Assembly: GCA_964016885.1 (NCBI GenBank)
Contig: OZ024741.1
Span: 261,764,001-261,828,000 of the forward strand
DNA: 64,000 nucleotides
Source of the DNA: Eledone cirrhosa
Lineage: Eukaryota
Reading direction: 5' to 3'
Below the pieces are notes generated by a model. The model was not told where the DNA came from. It worked only from the letters and a program-made list of their open reading frames with translations, and did no database searches. Made by a program: the position numbers and the translations under genes. Shown piece by piece: positions 26,545 to 40,617 of this stretch; the stretch's first letter is position 1; each line of letters starts with the position of its first letter.

Positions 26545-27374
26545 AAGATAGGCAGCCTAACTCTCCCAAAATTTAACAACATATAGATATATACGTAATG
26601 AAGATCTATTTTATCTCGTTCCTCTTGGTCCATCCTTCAGCTTAGGTGTTGCATATGTGCTATTCAATTTGTGATCTGACAGTTTGAATGAGAACAGGAA
26701 GTATGTGTGTATGAAATAAGATGTTGCCTACTGAGGATGAACCTAACAACCTAATGTTACCTTTTATCTAATAATTGTTTCTACTTTTGGCACAAGGCCA
26801 GCAATTATCCCAGTGTATTACTAGTACTTTATTTTATCGACCCCGTAAGGATGAAAGGCAAAGTTTACTTCGGCAGGATTTGAACTCAGACCATAAAGGA
26901 CCGCAACTTTTATCTAATAATGATAATTGTCATTATTTCATGATGGCTTGAAATATATCTATATATGTCTCAACAATTGGTATTTACCATCTTCATATAA
27001 GTTTATTGCTTGCCTTCCCATTTTTCTTGGGTCTTTACATCTATATATCTATGCAAGGCCATGAAAACATTTTTCTAGGTAATATTAATTGATGTGTACC
27101 CTCTAGCCAGTTCTCTTTGGAAGTGGTTTGTTATCGAGCAATTACCAGACAAAATAATCCATATTTTGAGTACCATTAAGTTTTTCATCAACGAAGTTGG
27201 AGAATATGTGACGTTCATTATTATTCTAATAACATTAGCAGTTTAAATAAAACAACCGTGATCATAGCATACAAACCACTGCATTTATTTGGTATAAATG
27301 AGCATTTCTATGTACTCACTTCAGTAACGACAAGCACACACACGCACACATCCACACACATCCACAAACACACA

Positions 27375-27750
27375 GGGCGGGTTGGAAGAAGTTTAGAGAG
27401 CTGCTTCCTTTGTTGACAAAGAAGGGTTTCTCCCTGCATACGAAAGGATAGTTATATGATGCCTGTGTGAGATGCTGCATGGTAGTGTGACATGGGCGGC
27501 AACTGCAGAGGATATGCAACGGCTGGAGAGAAATGAAGCAAGTATGCTCCGTTGGATGTGCAATGTCAATGTGCATGAACGACCAAGCATGAACGAGTTG
27601 AGAAAGAAACTGGGTATAAGAGGGATAAGTGTGGTGTGCAGGAGAGAAGGCTGAGATGGTAGGAACATGTGATGCGCATGGAGGATGACCGCTGGGTAAA
27701 AAAGTGCCAAGAAATCCCAGTAGAAGGAAGACGCAGTGTGGTTAAGAGAA
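27375..27750 (+). mobile_element. RTE-like LINE 3' fragment
   Basis: LHGSVTWA...RLERNEASMLRWMCNV...HVMRMEDDRWVKKC. Confidence 0.7.
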
Positions 27751-28849
27751 GGGGAGACATTGTTTGTCTTCAGGTGATGTGGGTTCGTGCGAAGAGCGTA
27801 GATGCGTGTGTGCAGAAATGGTGCAAGTGGCTGTGTGTGGCTAAGTTTCTGAATGGATGTTGGTGTGTGTGCAGATGCTAAAAATGCGGAGGTGTAACAG
27901 GTGGATTTCAACGTGAGGTAAATTCCAAGTTCAAGCAGAAGAGAATGGCAATGAAAACTTAAATGGCAGTGTGGCGCGTGCAACCGGCAATTGTCAAGTG
28001 GAAGGCGGGGAAGGAGAGGGTGGAGAGGGTGATGATGGCAGGGTAACGTGTGAGAGGGTGGACGTGGTGTCGGCAGAACAGAAATTGGTCGGTGAGAGTG
28101 AGTGTATATACTGGTGTGTGTGTATGTTTAAGGTGTTAGTGTGTGTGTTTTTGTAGTGTAAGGGTGGTAAGGGGGAAGGACAGGGTGGTGGTTGGGGTTT
28201 AGTAGTGTTAGTTGGGTGGCGCGATGTGGGTGTGTTCGGGTAGATGTTGGTGGTGATAATAAGGGAAGGGTACGGGTAGGGCTGAGTAAGTCGGTGGCTA
28301 AAGTAAGATGGACGGGGTGTTCAGACTGGGAGGAGTGTGCATGTATGTAATTGAGAGCTGCGTTGTTCAGCCCTAAGTCGAGGATCGGGGGTTCCAGGGC
28401 ATGCTATCAAGTCACAGATGGTCAAGTTGAAAGCCAATGTCCAACTGAGCAGAAGGGTCGGGAGATGGGGGAATACGAGCCGAGGGTGATGTAGCGGAGG
28501 TGCTCAGCATACCAGTCGGCGAGAGAGGGAATAGCCATTTGGTTCCTGGAAGGTAGTGGTGTTGTTAATGTGGGGGCATGTGTGGGAGTGGGGACGGGAG
28601 CAGGGAAGGGATCCGTGGGAGGTAGGGAATTGCGTTTGAAGGATGGGAGGGGTGGGAGTGAAAGTTGGGGGAAGTAGAGGGGTTTGACTAGAGGCGTCGG
28701 AAGAGGTGAGTTCGTTGGAGGGGTAGGGTGGCGGGCTGGTAGGTGAGGTGGGGGGGGGGATATATATATTTATATATACATATATGTGTGTGAGTGTGTG
28801 TAAGTATATATATATATATATATATATGTATCATCATCATTTTATTAAT

Positions 28850-29160
28850 TTATTTATATTTCCCTTAAGTCAGTATTGTTTGTTTGGGTATGGTTGTTGT
28901 TGATATTCCATTTGTTTCTTCTGTTCAGCTTCGGTCTTCTTAGTTCTATCTCAGCTGCTTCTCTGATTTGCCTACCAGTTGAGTCATTCCAATGCTTAGA
29001 AATTAGTTTAATTTCTATGTTGTCTATATTACCGTCATGTTTTGTCTGGCGTATTCATATAGTACTGAACCGTTTTGGGGTCCTTTTAGCCCCCCCACCC
29101 CACCCGAGTGTTGGTCTATTCTTTCTCCTATGCTTCGAGCAGTCTCACCTATGTATGTTA
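28850..29160 (-). mobile_element. Penelope GIY-YIG fragment (same family as 39.2-39.9 kb)
   Basis: Reverse-complement similarity to 39590-39890. Confidence 0.7.
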
Positions 29161-29332
29161 TTGTCAAGTACCCTCTTGAAATATGTATAATAAAATAAAT
29201 ATGGTTTTAGAAAGATATTTTCCATTTATTAATATTATTGATATTAATTATACTCCAGAAAAATGATGTTGAGTGCTTCTAATCTGTTATAAATTAACTT
29301 TGTTGAATAATCAACAAAACAAATAACTCATT

Positions 29333-29384
<52 letters not shown>

Positions 29385-29645
29385 CTGTCACAGTCACTTC
29401 TTCTTTATATAATCACACATACAATCTCCCTTTCTAGCTCTAGCAATCTTATAAAATCAAAGAACAACAACATACACACACGCACACACATACACATCAG
29501 CGTGTTGAAAAAAATCCAAATCGCTTCATCTTTCTGTTTCACTCTCTCTCTATATATATATAGTATAGATATACCGGAAGTATAGAAATTTGAATCTTTT
29601 CAAAGAAGTGAACCCTGAACTATGCAATAATATATTTATAATATA

Positions 29646-30212
29646 CTAGCAGTGGTACCCGGCGTTGCACGGGATACAGTATTTTGGAATACAGACCTAA
29701 TCGTGGAAAAACTGCATGCCTGGACAAAATGTCAAGAAAATAAACCGAATACTCTGATGGCTGGATAATCTTTAAGATTTTCCTCGATGAAGCATGAAAA
29801 ATGGAGGCCCTGGGGGATCAAGAAAATGAATTTTTTTATGTGCCTTGAAATTTCGTGAAAATCGGCTAGAAGTAACGCCTCCAAAAAGCCCTAAAAAGCT
29901 GAAAAAATGAAGTTTTTCACCTAGGCCATAAAAAAGTTGGATTTTCTTTGCTCATGGTATGAAGAAGAGACTCACTAATACATAGTTACAATTTCAAGGA
30001 AATCGGTCTGACGTAACGCTTCAAAAAACCCCTAAAAAACCTATAAAAACGCAGTTTTTCACCTAATACGAGCCCTAGGAGATCAAAAAGTTGAATTTTT
30101 TAATGTGCATAACACTCCCTGAAACATAAGTAATACACATGTAAGGTTTGAAAAAATCGGTTGGGTACTTCTCGAGTTTTAGGGATTCAAACTCACAGAC
30201 ACACACACAGAG
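29646..30212 (-). mobile_element. Non-autonomous Helitron-like element (5'-truncated)
   Basis: Highly similar to 9007-9597. Confidence 0.75.
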
Positions 30213-30284
30213 ACATACATCGCCAGGGAAGTAACGTAATGCAGACAGCCAGACATACAGACATATTATAAGGGGGCGATATAA

Positions 30285-31351
30285 CATAAATCATGTCTTT
30301 AGACTCATTAGATAAAATATATACCATTTCCTCTCCCAATTAGCAAATTTAACCATATAAAAAATCAATTAGACCAAGCTATAAGAATAAAGGCTCCTAT
30401 GAAGAAATTTCCGACAAATGACCGAAAGCGGCCTCTTTGCGGTGGCCTCGATAGAGTATTTATCCAACATTTCAACAGCATGTAGAAATTGACTAAATAT
30501 ACCGTCAACCATACACAATTAGGTGTAAATTCAAACTTAGAAGAAATGTGTACATACCGTAATTATATCTCTACCATGGTTTCGTCCGTATATTTAGACG
30601 TTCAGGATATGTCCAGAGTTTCGGACTCATCAGGAGTGAACTCAAAATTAGACATTTAATTTTCCAAAGTTATCGCGCCAAAAATAGATTAAAAAATGGC
30701 TAAGAATCGTGATGTGGCAGTGGTCAAGTTAGAAAGAATGTGATTAGTTGCTTACGGCGGGTAGGCTTGTTGCTAGAAAGCGCAGCCCAATATCGCCCAA
30801 TTGTATCTCAACCTAACGGAAGATTATTAAATATAAAGATTTACATATAGATAAACATAAAGTCATAGATATATATGTGTTTTGCAACTGGTCACGTTGT
30901 GGCTCAATGAAGAATTAATAAATTAAATAATCAGAGCAATATATCATAAATCATTTCTTTAGAATCATTAGATAAAATATATACCATTTCCTCTGATTAT
31001 TTAATTTATTAATTCTTCATTGAGCCACAACGTGACCGGTTGCAAAACACATATATATCTATGACGTTATGTTTATGTATATGTAAATCTTTATATTTAA
31101 TAATCTCCCGTTAGGTTGCGATACAATTGGGCGATATTGGGCTACGCTTTCTAGCAACAAGCCTACCCGCCGTAAGCAACTAATCTCATTCTTTCTAACT
31201 TGACCACTGCCACGTCACGATTCTTAGCCATTTTTTAATCTTTTTTTGGCGTGATAACTTTGGAAAATTAAATCTCTAATTTTGAGTTCACTTCTGATGA
31301 GTCCGAAACTCTGGACATATCCTGTTATTGGACGTCTAAAAATACGGACGA
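30285..31351. repeat. Non-coding element: 660-bp unit with 50-bp direct overlap plus inverted arm
   Basis: 30285-30334 matches 30945-30994; 30582-30936 is inverted at 30991-31351. Confidence 0.85.
30569..30636 (-). ncRNA. Type I hammerhead ribozyme with extended stem II
   Basis: Minus strand CTC-CTGATGA-GTCC...GGAC-GAAA-CCATGG-TA-GAG. Intact core, palindromic stem III, but only a 3-bp stem I. Confidence 0.75.
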
Positions 31352-32051
31352 TATATATATATATTTCCCTCCGTTTTCCCACTGATTTTAGGTATCTAGT
31401 TTTTAATGCGTCGAAATACAAACGATAATCAGCAGACTACTGAAGAGGACATTTTACCCCTTGTCTATTTTTATTCATATATTCGTGTCCGCAACAACGC
31501 ACACCCATTTTTCATTCACATCATTTTCCCCTTCGCTGTGGTTCGTATATTTTCTGTTACCTTATTGCTATCACCCCTTCTCTCTCCTTCGCCTCTTGCC
31601 TTCCTCAATTCCTGTTGCTGGTCACTCACTCTCGGCTGGTCCTTCCTCCCACTTTCAGTCACTCCCCCTCTGCTTCTCCCCCTTCTCACTTCCTCCCGTC
31701 TGACCTGCTTGAATTTCTTTCCTCTCTCAATCTTCTAGCGGATCAGACGTGTCTATTTCTTCTCGTCAATTTGATATGTCGGGCTTATGCCCACGTGATT
31801 CATTGACTTGTCTCTAATTTTCCTCTCCTTTCGTTGCATACCACCATGTGTTTGTTTTCTTCCCTCCGTTTTCCCACTGTCCCAATAACTTAATTGAGTT
31901 ATCGCTCGCATTGATTTTAGGTATCTAGTCTTTAATGCGCCGAAATACCAACGATAAATCAGAAGATTACTCAAGAGGACATTTTAATCTTTGTCTATTT
32001 TTATTCAGATATTCGCTATTTTTATTTATATATTCATATATATTTTTATTC

Positions 32052-32811
<760 letters not shown>

Positions 32812-33462
32812 ATATACATATACATGCATATATACAAACATATTTGCTAGTGGGGTCTATCAAGACATCTCAGTAAAATAATCAATGAATAAAAGTCTAG
32901 AAAATATATTTTCATGTAGATGAGCTTAGAACTAATTATCATTAAACTATTATATCCTAGAATATTAAGGAAATATAAAGTAATTAATAGATACAGCGAA
33001 GAAAATATATCATATACAACAGATAATTGTTTCTACTTTTGGCACAAGGCCAGCAATTATCCCAGTGCATTACTTTATTCTATTGACCCTGTAAGTATGA
33101 AAGGCAAAGTTAACCTCGGCGGGATTTGAACATGTTACAAAGCATAGTGTCTGACGCTCTACCGATACTGCCAATATAATGTAGAGTTAACAGGAATGTA
33201 ATGTTGATATAACTATATGTTCTGAATGATAAACTTCGTTTTGTTAAGAATAGAGTTGAACGTAATATAGAATAGATATTTCCTAACGAGAGACAAAAAG
33301 AAAATCTCATATTTTTCAATGTAAATATTGAATAGTATTAGAAAGTATGTTGATCTTTAGTTGTTGTCAGAGCAATGCTGCGAATAGAAAATTAATATGA
33401 AATCTTATACATATTTTGTTCAACATAAATATATATTTTTTACATACTAGAGATATAATTAC

Positions 33463-33597
33463 TTTGTTGACAGTCGTCCTCCTGATAACCTGCAGCACAT
33501 CCATTTGGACATCTTCCATTTGTTTTATCACAGTTTTCGTTCCTGGCACAATTACAACGTTTCCTGCAATTGTTACCAAAAGTTCCTTGACCGCATT
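33463..33597 (-). CDS. EGF-like (MEGF/laminin-EGF type, 8 Cys) exon ECGQGTFGNNCRKRCNCARNENCDKTNGRCPNGCAAGYQEDDCQQ
   Basis: CxxGxFGxNCxxxCxC...CDxxxGxCxxGCxxGYxxxxC pattern. TTTTCAG / GTAATT splice sites; 135 nt, phase 1-1. Confidence 0.92.
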
Positions 33598-34756
33598 CTG
33601 AAAATATCATTATAGAAAAAAAAAAAATTCATACATCATTATATATATATATATATATATATATCACAGTCACTCCTCTCTCTCTTTATATAATCACACA
33701 TACAATCTCCCTTTCTCGCTCTAGCAATCTTATAAAATCAAAGATAAGCAACATAAACACACGCACACACACACACATAAGCGTGTTGAAAAAATCCAAA
33801 TCGCTTCATCTTTCTCTTTCACACTCTCTCTCTATATATATAGTATAGATATAACGGAAGTATTGAAATTTGAATTTTTCAAAAGAAGTGAATCTTGAAC
33901 TATGTAATAATATTTTTAATATATGTTTAATCATGTGTTACGAAATTTAGTAGATAAATGATGTAATATTCATTAATTATTTATTCAAAGTAATCAAACT
34001 TATTTTACAAACGGGATAAAAAATTATATTCTGGATGCAGTGCCGCACTCCTTTCTTTATCATAGTTAAGATATCATATATTATATATCATATATTATGT
34101 ATATATCACACACACACACATATATATATATACACGAATATATACAAACATATTTACTAGTGGGGTCTATCAAGACACCTCAGTAAAATAATCAATGAAT
34201 AAAAGTCTAGAAAATATATTTTCATATAGATGAGTTTGGAACTAATTATCATTAAACTATTATATCCTAGAATATCAAGGAAATATAACGTAATTAATAG
34301 ATACAGCGAAGAAAATATATCATATACAACAGATAATTGTTTCTACTTTTGGCACAAGGCCAGCAATTATCCCAGTGCATTACTTTATTTTATTGACCCT
34401 GTAAGTATAAAAGGCAAAGTTAACCTCGGCGGGATTTGAACATGTTGCAAAGCATAGTGTCTGACGCTCTACCGATACTGCCAATATAATGTAGAGTTAA
34501 CAGGAATGTAATGTTCTGAATGATAAACTTCGTTTTGTTAAGAATAGAGTTCAACGTAATATAGAATAGATATTTCATAATGAGCGACAAAAAGAAAATC
34601 TCATATTTTTCAATGTAAATATTGAATAGTATTAGAAAGGATGTTGATCTTTAGTTGTTGTCAGAGCAATGCTGCGAATAGAAAATTAATATGAAATCTT
34701 ATACATATTTTCTTCAAGATAAATATATATTTTATACATTCTAGAGATATAAATAC

Positions 34757-34891
34757 CTTGTTGACAGTCATCCTTCTGATAACCTGCAGCACATTCATTT
34801 GGACATCTTCCATTTGTTTTATCACAGTTTTCGTTCCTGGCACAATGACAACGTTTCCTGCAATTGTTACCAAATGTTCCTTGACCGCATT
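34757..34891 (-). CDS. EGF-like exon ECGQGTFGNNCRKRCHCARNENCDKTNGRCPNECAAGYQKDDCQQ
   Basis: Same 8-Cys pattern. TTTTCAG / GTATTT; 135 nt, phase 1-1. Confidence 0.92.
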
Positions 34892-35040
34892 CTGAAAATA
34901 TCATTATAGAAAAAAAAATAATTCATACATCATTATATATATATATCACAGTCACTCCTCTCTCTCTTTATATAATCACACATACAATCTCCCTTTCTCG
35001 CTCTAGCAATCTTATCAAATCAAAGATCAACAACATAAAC

Positions 35041-35109
<69 letters not shown>

Positions 35110-35488
35110 AGCGTGTTGAAAAAATCCAAATCGCTTCATCTTTCTCTTTCACTCTCTCTTTCTCTATATATAGTATAGATATAACGGAAGTATTGAAATT
35201 TGAATTTTTCAAAAGAAGTGAATCTTGAACTATGTAATAATATTTTTATTATATGTTTAATCATGTGTTACGATATTTAGTAGATAAATGATGTAATATT
35301 CATTAATTATTTATTCAAAGTAATCAAACTTATTTTACAAACGGGATAAAAAATTATATTCTGGATGCAGTCCCGCACTCCTTTCTTTATCATAGTTAAG
35401 ATATCATATATTATATATATATATATATCATATATTATATATATATATCATATATTATGTATATATCACACACACACATATATATGTG

Positions 35489-35595
<107 letters not shown>

Positions 35596-36378
35596 ACATA
35601 TTTACTAGTGGGGTCTATCAAGACATCTCAGTAAAATAATCAATGAATAAAACTCTAGAAAATATATTTTCATATAGATGAGTTTGGAACTAATTATCAT
35701 TAAACTATTATATCCTAGAATATTAAGGAAATATAAAGTAATTATTAGATACAGCGAAGAAAATATATCATATACAACATTTAATTGTTTCTACCTTTGG
35801 CACAAGGCCAGCAATTATCCCAGTGCATTACTTTATTTTATTGACCCTGTAAGTATAAAAGGCAAAGTTAACCTCGGCGGAGTTTGAACATAGAACGTAA
35901 AGGACTTTAACTCTATGCTGCAAAGCATGGTGTCTGACGCTCTACCGATACTGCCAATATAATTGTTTCTACTTTTGGCACAAGGCAAGCAATTATTCTA
36001 GGGTATTACTGGTACTTTATTTTATCAACCCCATAAGGATGAAAGGCAAAGGTAACCTCGGTGGGATTTGAACTCAGAGTTAACAGGAATGTAATGTTGA
36101 TATAATATATGTTCTGAATGTTAAACCTTATTTTGTTAAGAATAGAGTTCTATGTGATATAGAATAGATATTTCCTAACGAGAGATCAAAAGAAAATCTC
36201 ATATTTTTCAATGTAAAGATTGAATAGTATTAGAAACTGTGGTGATGTTTAGTTGTTGTCAGAGCAATGCTGCGAATAAAGAAATATATAGTTACATCTC
36301 TAGAAAATTAATATGAAATCTTATACATATTTTGTTCAACATAAATATATATTTTATACATCCTAGAGATATAAATAC

Positions 36379-36513
36379 CTTGTTGACAGTCGTCCCCCTG
36401 ATAACCTGCAGCACATCCATTTGGACATCTTCCATTTGTTTTATCACAGTTTTCGTTCTTTGCACAATGACAAAGTTTAGTGCAATTTTTACCAAATGTT
36501 CCTTGACGACATT
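36379..36513 (-). CDS. EGF-like exon ECRQGTFGKNCTKLCHCAKNENCDKTNGRCPNGCAAGYQGDDCQQ
   Basis: Same 8-Cys pattern. TTTTCAG / GTATTT; 135 nt, phase 1-1. Confidence 0.92.
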
Positions 36514-36609
36514 CTGAAAATATCATTATAGAAAAAAACTAATTCATACATCATTATATATATACATTTAATGTTATCACCGAGATAGTTTACACACACA
36601 CACTCACAG

Positions 36610-36698
<89 letters not shown>

Positions 36699-36737
36699 TA
36701 GAAAGATTTGAATGGATACAGTTTAGTTGAAAGGAAT

Positions 36738-36854
36738 TTATTGACACGTGTTTCTATAACAGTTACATAACCTAAAACAGCTATCTACAAACTTTTAGTT
36801 ATGCAGACATTCAATATTTCAATGTTATTATTTACTGTCATTTCATCAGAATAA
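36738..36854 (-). ncRNA. Hammerhead-like motif with long stem II (degenerate closing pair)
   Basis: TTATT-CTGATGA-A-ATGACAGT...ACTGTTAT-A-GAAA-CACGTG-TC-AATAA. An A.A mismatch replaces G10.1-C11.1. Confidence 0.62.
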
Positions 36855-37357
36855 TATTACTGAGGACCTATTTAGTTTTTATAGAGAATATTAGGAGGAA
36901 GGGGTGAAGTTGTTAGAAGAATAGTTGAAGGAGTGGTTTTTCGATAGCAGTGAGAATTCTTGGTGGCAGTGATTAATTAGATTCCCATCTGTTGTTTTGA
37001 CATTTTTATAGAATATATTATTGGTTATTTTTCTAAATCTATAGAAGGATTAGAGATAGTAAAGATATGCGTGGTTGGTTTTGTGTTTGCACTTAACATT
37101 CAGACTTAAATTTTTCTTTCAAGTGTACGTATTCTTTCACCCACGCATTCACACACAAATATATTTGCACACCTCTACAAAAATACATATACTCACAATT
37201 CACATATTCATACTTACATATATATACACATGCATACACATATATATACACACATGTATTCATGTACATACATACGCGCTCATGTGTATACATTTTCATA
37301 CTCAACTTATCTTTATATATACATATATATAAATATATGTATACTTGTATATGTATG

Positions 37358-37418
<61 letters not shown>

Positions 37419-37421
<3 letters not shown>

Positions 37422-37866
37422 TACGTATACGTACATACATATATGTATACAGACGTACAGTAGTATGTATATATATATACATACATGCACACATATATAT
37501 ATGTTCGTATGGATTCACCGAACATTTATTATAATGCTCGGTGTGTTTGTAAACAAACATCCCGAATTAAGCCGTACAGTGTCTAGCAAGCATCGTTGTT
37601 CATTTGTTCAGCACTGACAAAGGATAGCTAATAAGCTTGAAACTAGTACAGCGTTCCTTTGTCAGTGTTGAACAAATGAGCAACGATGGTTGCTAGACAC
37701 TGAACGGCTTAATTCGGGTTGTTTGTTTACAAACACACCGAGCATTATAATAAATGTTCGGTGAATCCATACGTACATATATATATATGTGTGCATGCAT
37801 GTATATATATATATATACATACTACTGTACGTCTGTATACATATATGTATGTACGTATACATACTT
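37419..37866. repeat. Fold-back element, copy 1
   Basis: ~205-bp arms around a 30-nt loop; duplicated together with its flanks at 41977-42423. Confidence 0.88.
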
Positions 37867-37975
37867 ATATTTAAGTAACAGCCGTACTAAGCGTGGGAAA
37901 TGAAATTTCGTTTCATTTTTTCCGTTTATATATATATATATTTATATATATATATATATATATTATATATATTTC

Positions 37976-38006
<31 letters not shown>

Positions 38007-38204
38007 GTATATGTAGTATGTATATATATAATAAATGTGTCTCAATGTTTGTATAGTTGTGTATTTCGGAATATCTCTCAATATTATTTTACGGTTGAAT
38101 GTTTAGAGAATATATTTGGATATAGATCAGTGTAAATCTAATTCCCATTAGCCAAGTTATAATATTTACTGAAATATCATGGAATAAAATGTATTGATAA
38201 TAAC

Positions 38205-38333
38205 CTTCCTCACAGTTGAATCCGGAGTAGCCTCTATCACAGCTACCTGGACATGATCCATTAATGTGGTTACATTTTTCAGTACAATAACAGTGCCGTT
38301 TACAGCCAAGACCAAACTTACGATTATAACATT
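38205..38333 (-). CDS. EGF-like exon (divergent type) ECYNRKFGLGCKRHCYCTEKCNHINGSCPGSCDRGYSGFNCEE
   Basis: 8-Cys EGF-like pattern. ATTTCAG / GTTATT; 129 nt, phase 1-1. Confidence 0.88.
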
Positions 38334-38711
38334 CTGAAATATAAATGGTTTCATGTGAATTGTAGCCACACTAAGATAATGATAATATTTAGATTGTAAG
38401 ATATGCCTCCCTATATTACTGGTATTTGTTTTATAAACTCTAGAAGCAGGATAAAACTGTTTGTATCCCACATGATATAATATATCAGCAGAGGACTGTG
38501 GAATGATAGGATTGACTGGTATGAAAGCTCAACGTCATTACAATTAATGTGATGTAATAATTCTTGTAAAACAAATTAGGTAACATACGTAATATGCATA
38601 AAATCATGAAAGGCCAATGGAAGAAACAAACGATATAATCAGAACAACATATAAACCATTTCTTTCCTTCTTATGTGAGTTATGTTCATCAACATTGAAC
38701 GACTATAACTC

Positions 38712-38772
<61 letters not shown>

Positions 38773-38980
38773 TACTTGGGGAGGGTCAAACTGTTATAAT
38801 ATTGCCAGAAATAATAACAGAACGCACCCATTGTTTGGTTTGGGCTGGTTTTCGCTTCTGTATCTTTTATATCTCCATAGTTAATTTTTTTGGCAATCAA
38901 TGTTTATCAATGATTGACCAGCGGTTAAAAATACAGATATAAATATATATATATAGTCTATCAAAGTTTTTTCATCGTTC

Positions 38981-40068
38981 TTCTTGTCTCTGTCTGTCTC
39001 TGCGCATGCGTTTGCGTGTGTGTATAATGTTTGGTGTGTGTGTTCACGTTTAAGTGTATGTGTTTTTATTTTTGTATTCTATCTGTGTACACTAGTGTGT
39101 GTTTATATGTGTTTGTTGTTATTGTTCTTATGTATATATTTATTTATGTATTTATTTAATTAAATTATCAGATTGTACAAAGGAGCCACAGAGAAATATA
39201 AGACCCTCGCAGAAATGGACATGAAAGGAATTTACCCATTATACAGGAGAAAATCATGGAATAGCTTAGATAAGACTAAAAATAAGATAGGGATTGCCAC
39301 TTCATGGTACGACAACCAGAGAAGCCAAAGTATCATGTTGGTGGATGCTACCCCTGGAGTGACATTAGCTGAGCAATGTAGAAAGGCCCTAAGAAAGACC
39401 CATCTAAAAATTAAAGTGGTAGAAAAGCCAGGAACTACCATAAAATCCCTGATCAGCAGGACATACCCCTTTAAGAAAACCCACTGTACGAATGAGAAAT
39501 GTGTTTTATGTAGAATGAACCCCTAGATAAATTGTGAAGCTAGAAATGTAGTCTATAGCATAAGACGTACAGAGGGTACTTGCAGAAACATGACAACGAC
39601 ATACATAGGTGAGACAGCTCGAAGCATATGAGAAAGAATAGACCAACACTGGGAGGAACTAAAAGGACAAAAAAGCGGTTCTGTACTATATGAACACGCC
39701 AGACAAAGACATGACGGTAATATAGACAACATAGAAATTAAATCAATATCTAAACATAGAAATGACTCAACGGGTAGGCAAATCAGAGAAGCAACTGAAA
39801 TAGAACTAAGAAGACCGAAGTTGAACAGAAAGAACGAATGGAACAATAACAACAACCATATCCAAACAAACAATACTGACTTAATGTAAATATAAATAAA
39901 TATATAAATAAATATATACACAAGTACAATAACAACAAAGACATATAAACACACACTAGTGAACAAAGAGAGAATACAAAACAAAAACACATACACTCAA
40001 ACTCTAATACACACATCAAATAGTATACACACACGTCAACGCATGCACAGGGACAGAGACAAGAAGAA
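38981..40068 (+). mobile_element. Penelope-like element with inverted terminal segment
   Basis: GIY-YIG region (NVVYSI...TYIGETARS); 38981-39160 is an inverted copy of ~39890-40068. Confidence 0.8.
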
Positions 40069-40094
40069 ATAAATAAATTAATTAAATTAAATAA

Positions 40095-40536
40095 AAATGG
40101 CGTAAACTTTACAATACAACGGAAGGAAACATAATAGTACCACTGACGATACTCTACACAGAGCCGGATACAATAATAAATTTAACTACATCGATAAGAA
40201 TATTATACACCTACCTCCTAAATGTTACTATAATATTAATAATAAACAAATTAACCAAAATAATAAATCAAATAAAAAAGCTAGAACTTGGTATTCTCCT
40301 CCAATTTCTTTAGGAATTAAGACACCTTTAGCACACCAAATTTTTAAGGCTTTAGATAAATGTTTTCCTAAATCCCATAAATATCACTCTATTTTTAACA
40401 GACATACAATAAAACTTTCTTATTCTACTACTATGAATATAGCACAAAATATGAATAGAATTAGTAATAGGAACTTAAAATTAAACTCAATGCAAATAAA
40501 CCTAAATAGCAATAACAATATTACTAATAACATTAC

Positions 40537-40617
<81 letters not shown>

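Noticed and set aside
26987-27040. Possible extra exon (AG...GTAAAT) between the EGF and TM exons
   Set aside because: In the required phase 1 it contains a stop; the flanking exons already join in frame.
27750-28760. GC-rich Pro/Thr-like minus-strand region as a host mucin-like stalk exon
   Set aside because: Multiple stops and no clean splice sites; more likely a decayed retroelement 5' region, family not identified.
31390-31460. GGTATC...GAAATAC...CTGAAGAGGAC as a type II/III hammerhead
   Set aside because: The stems are not consistent across the three copies in the window.
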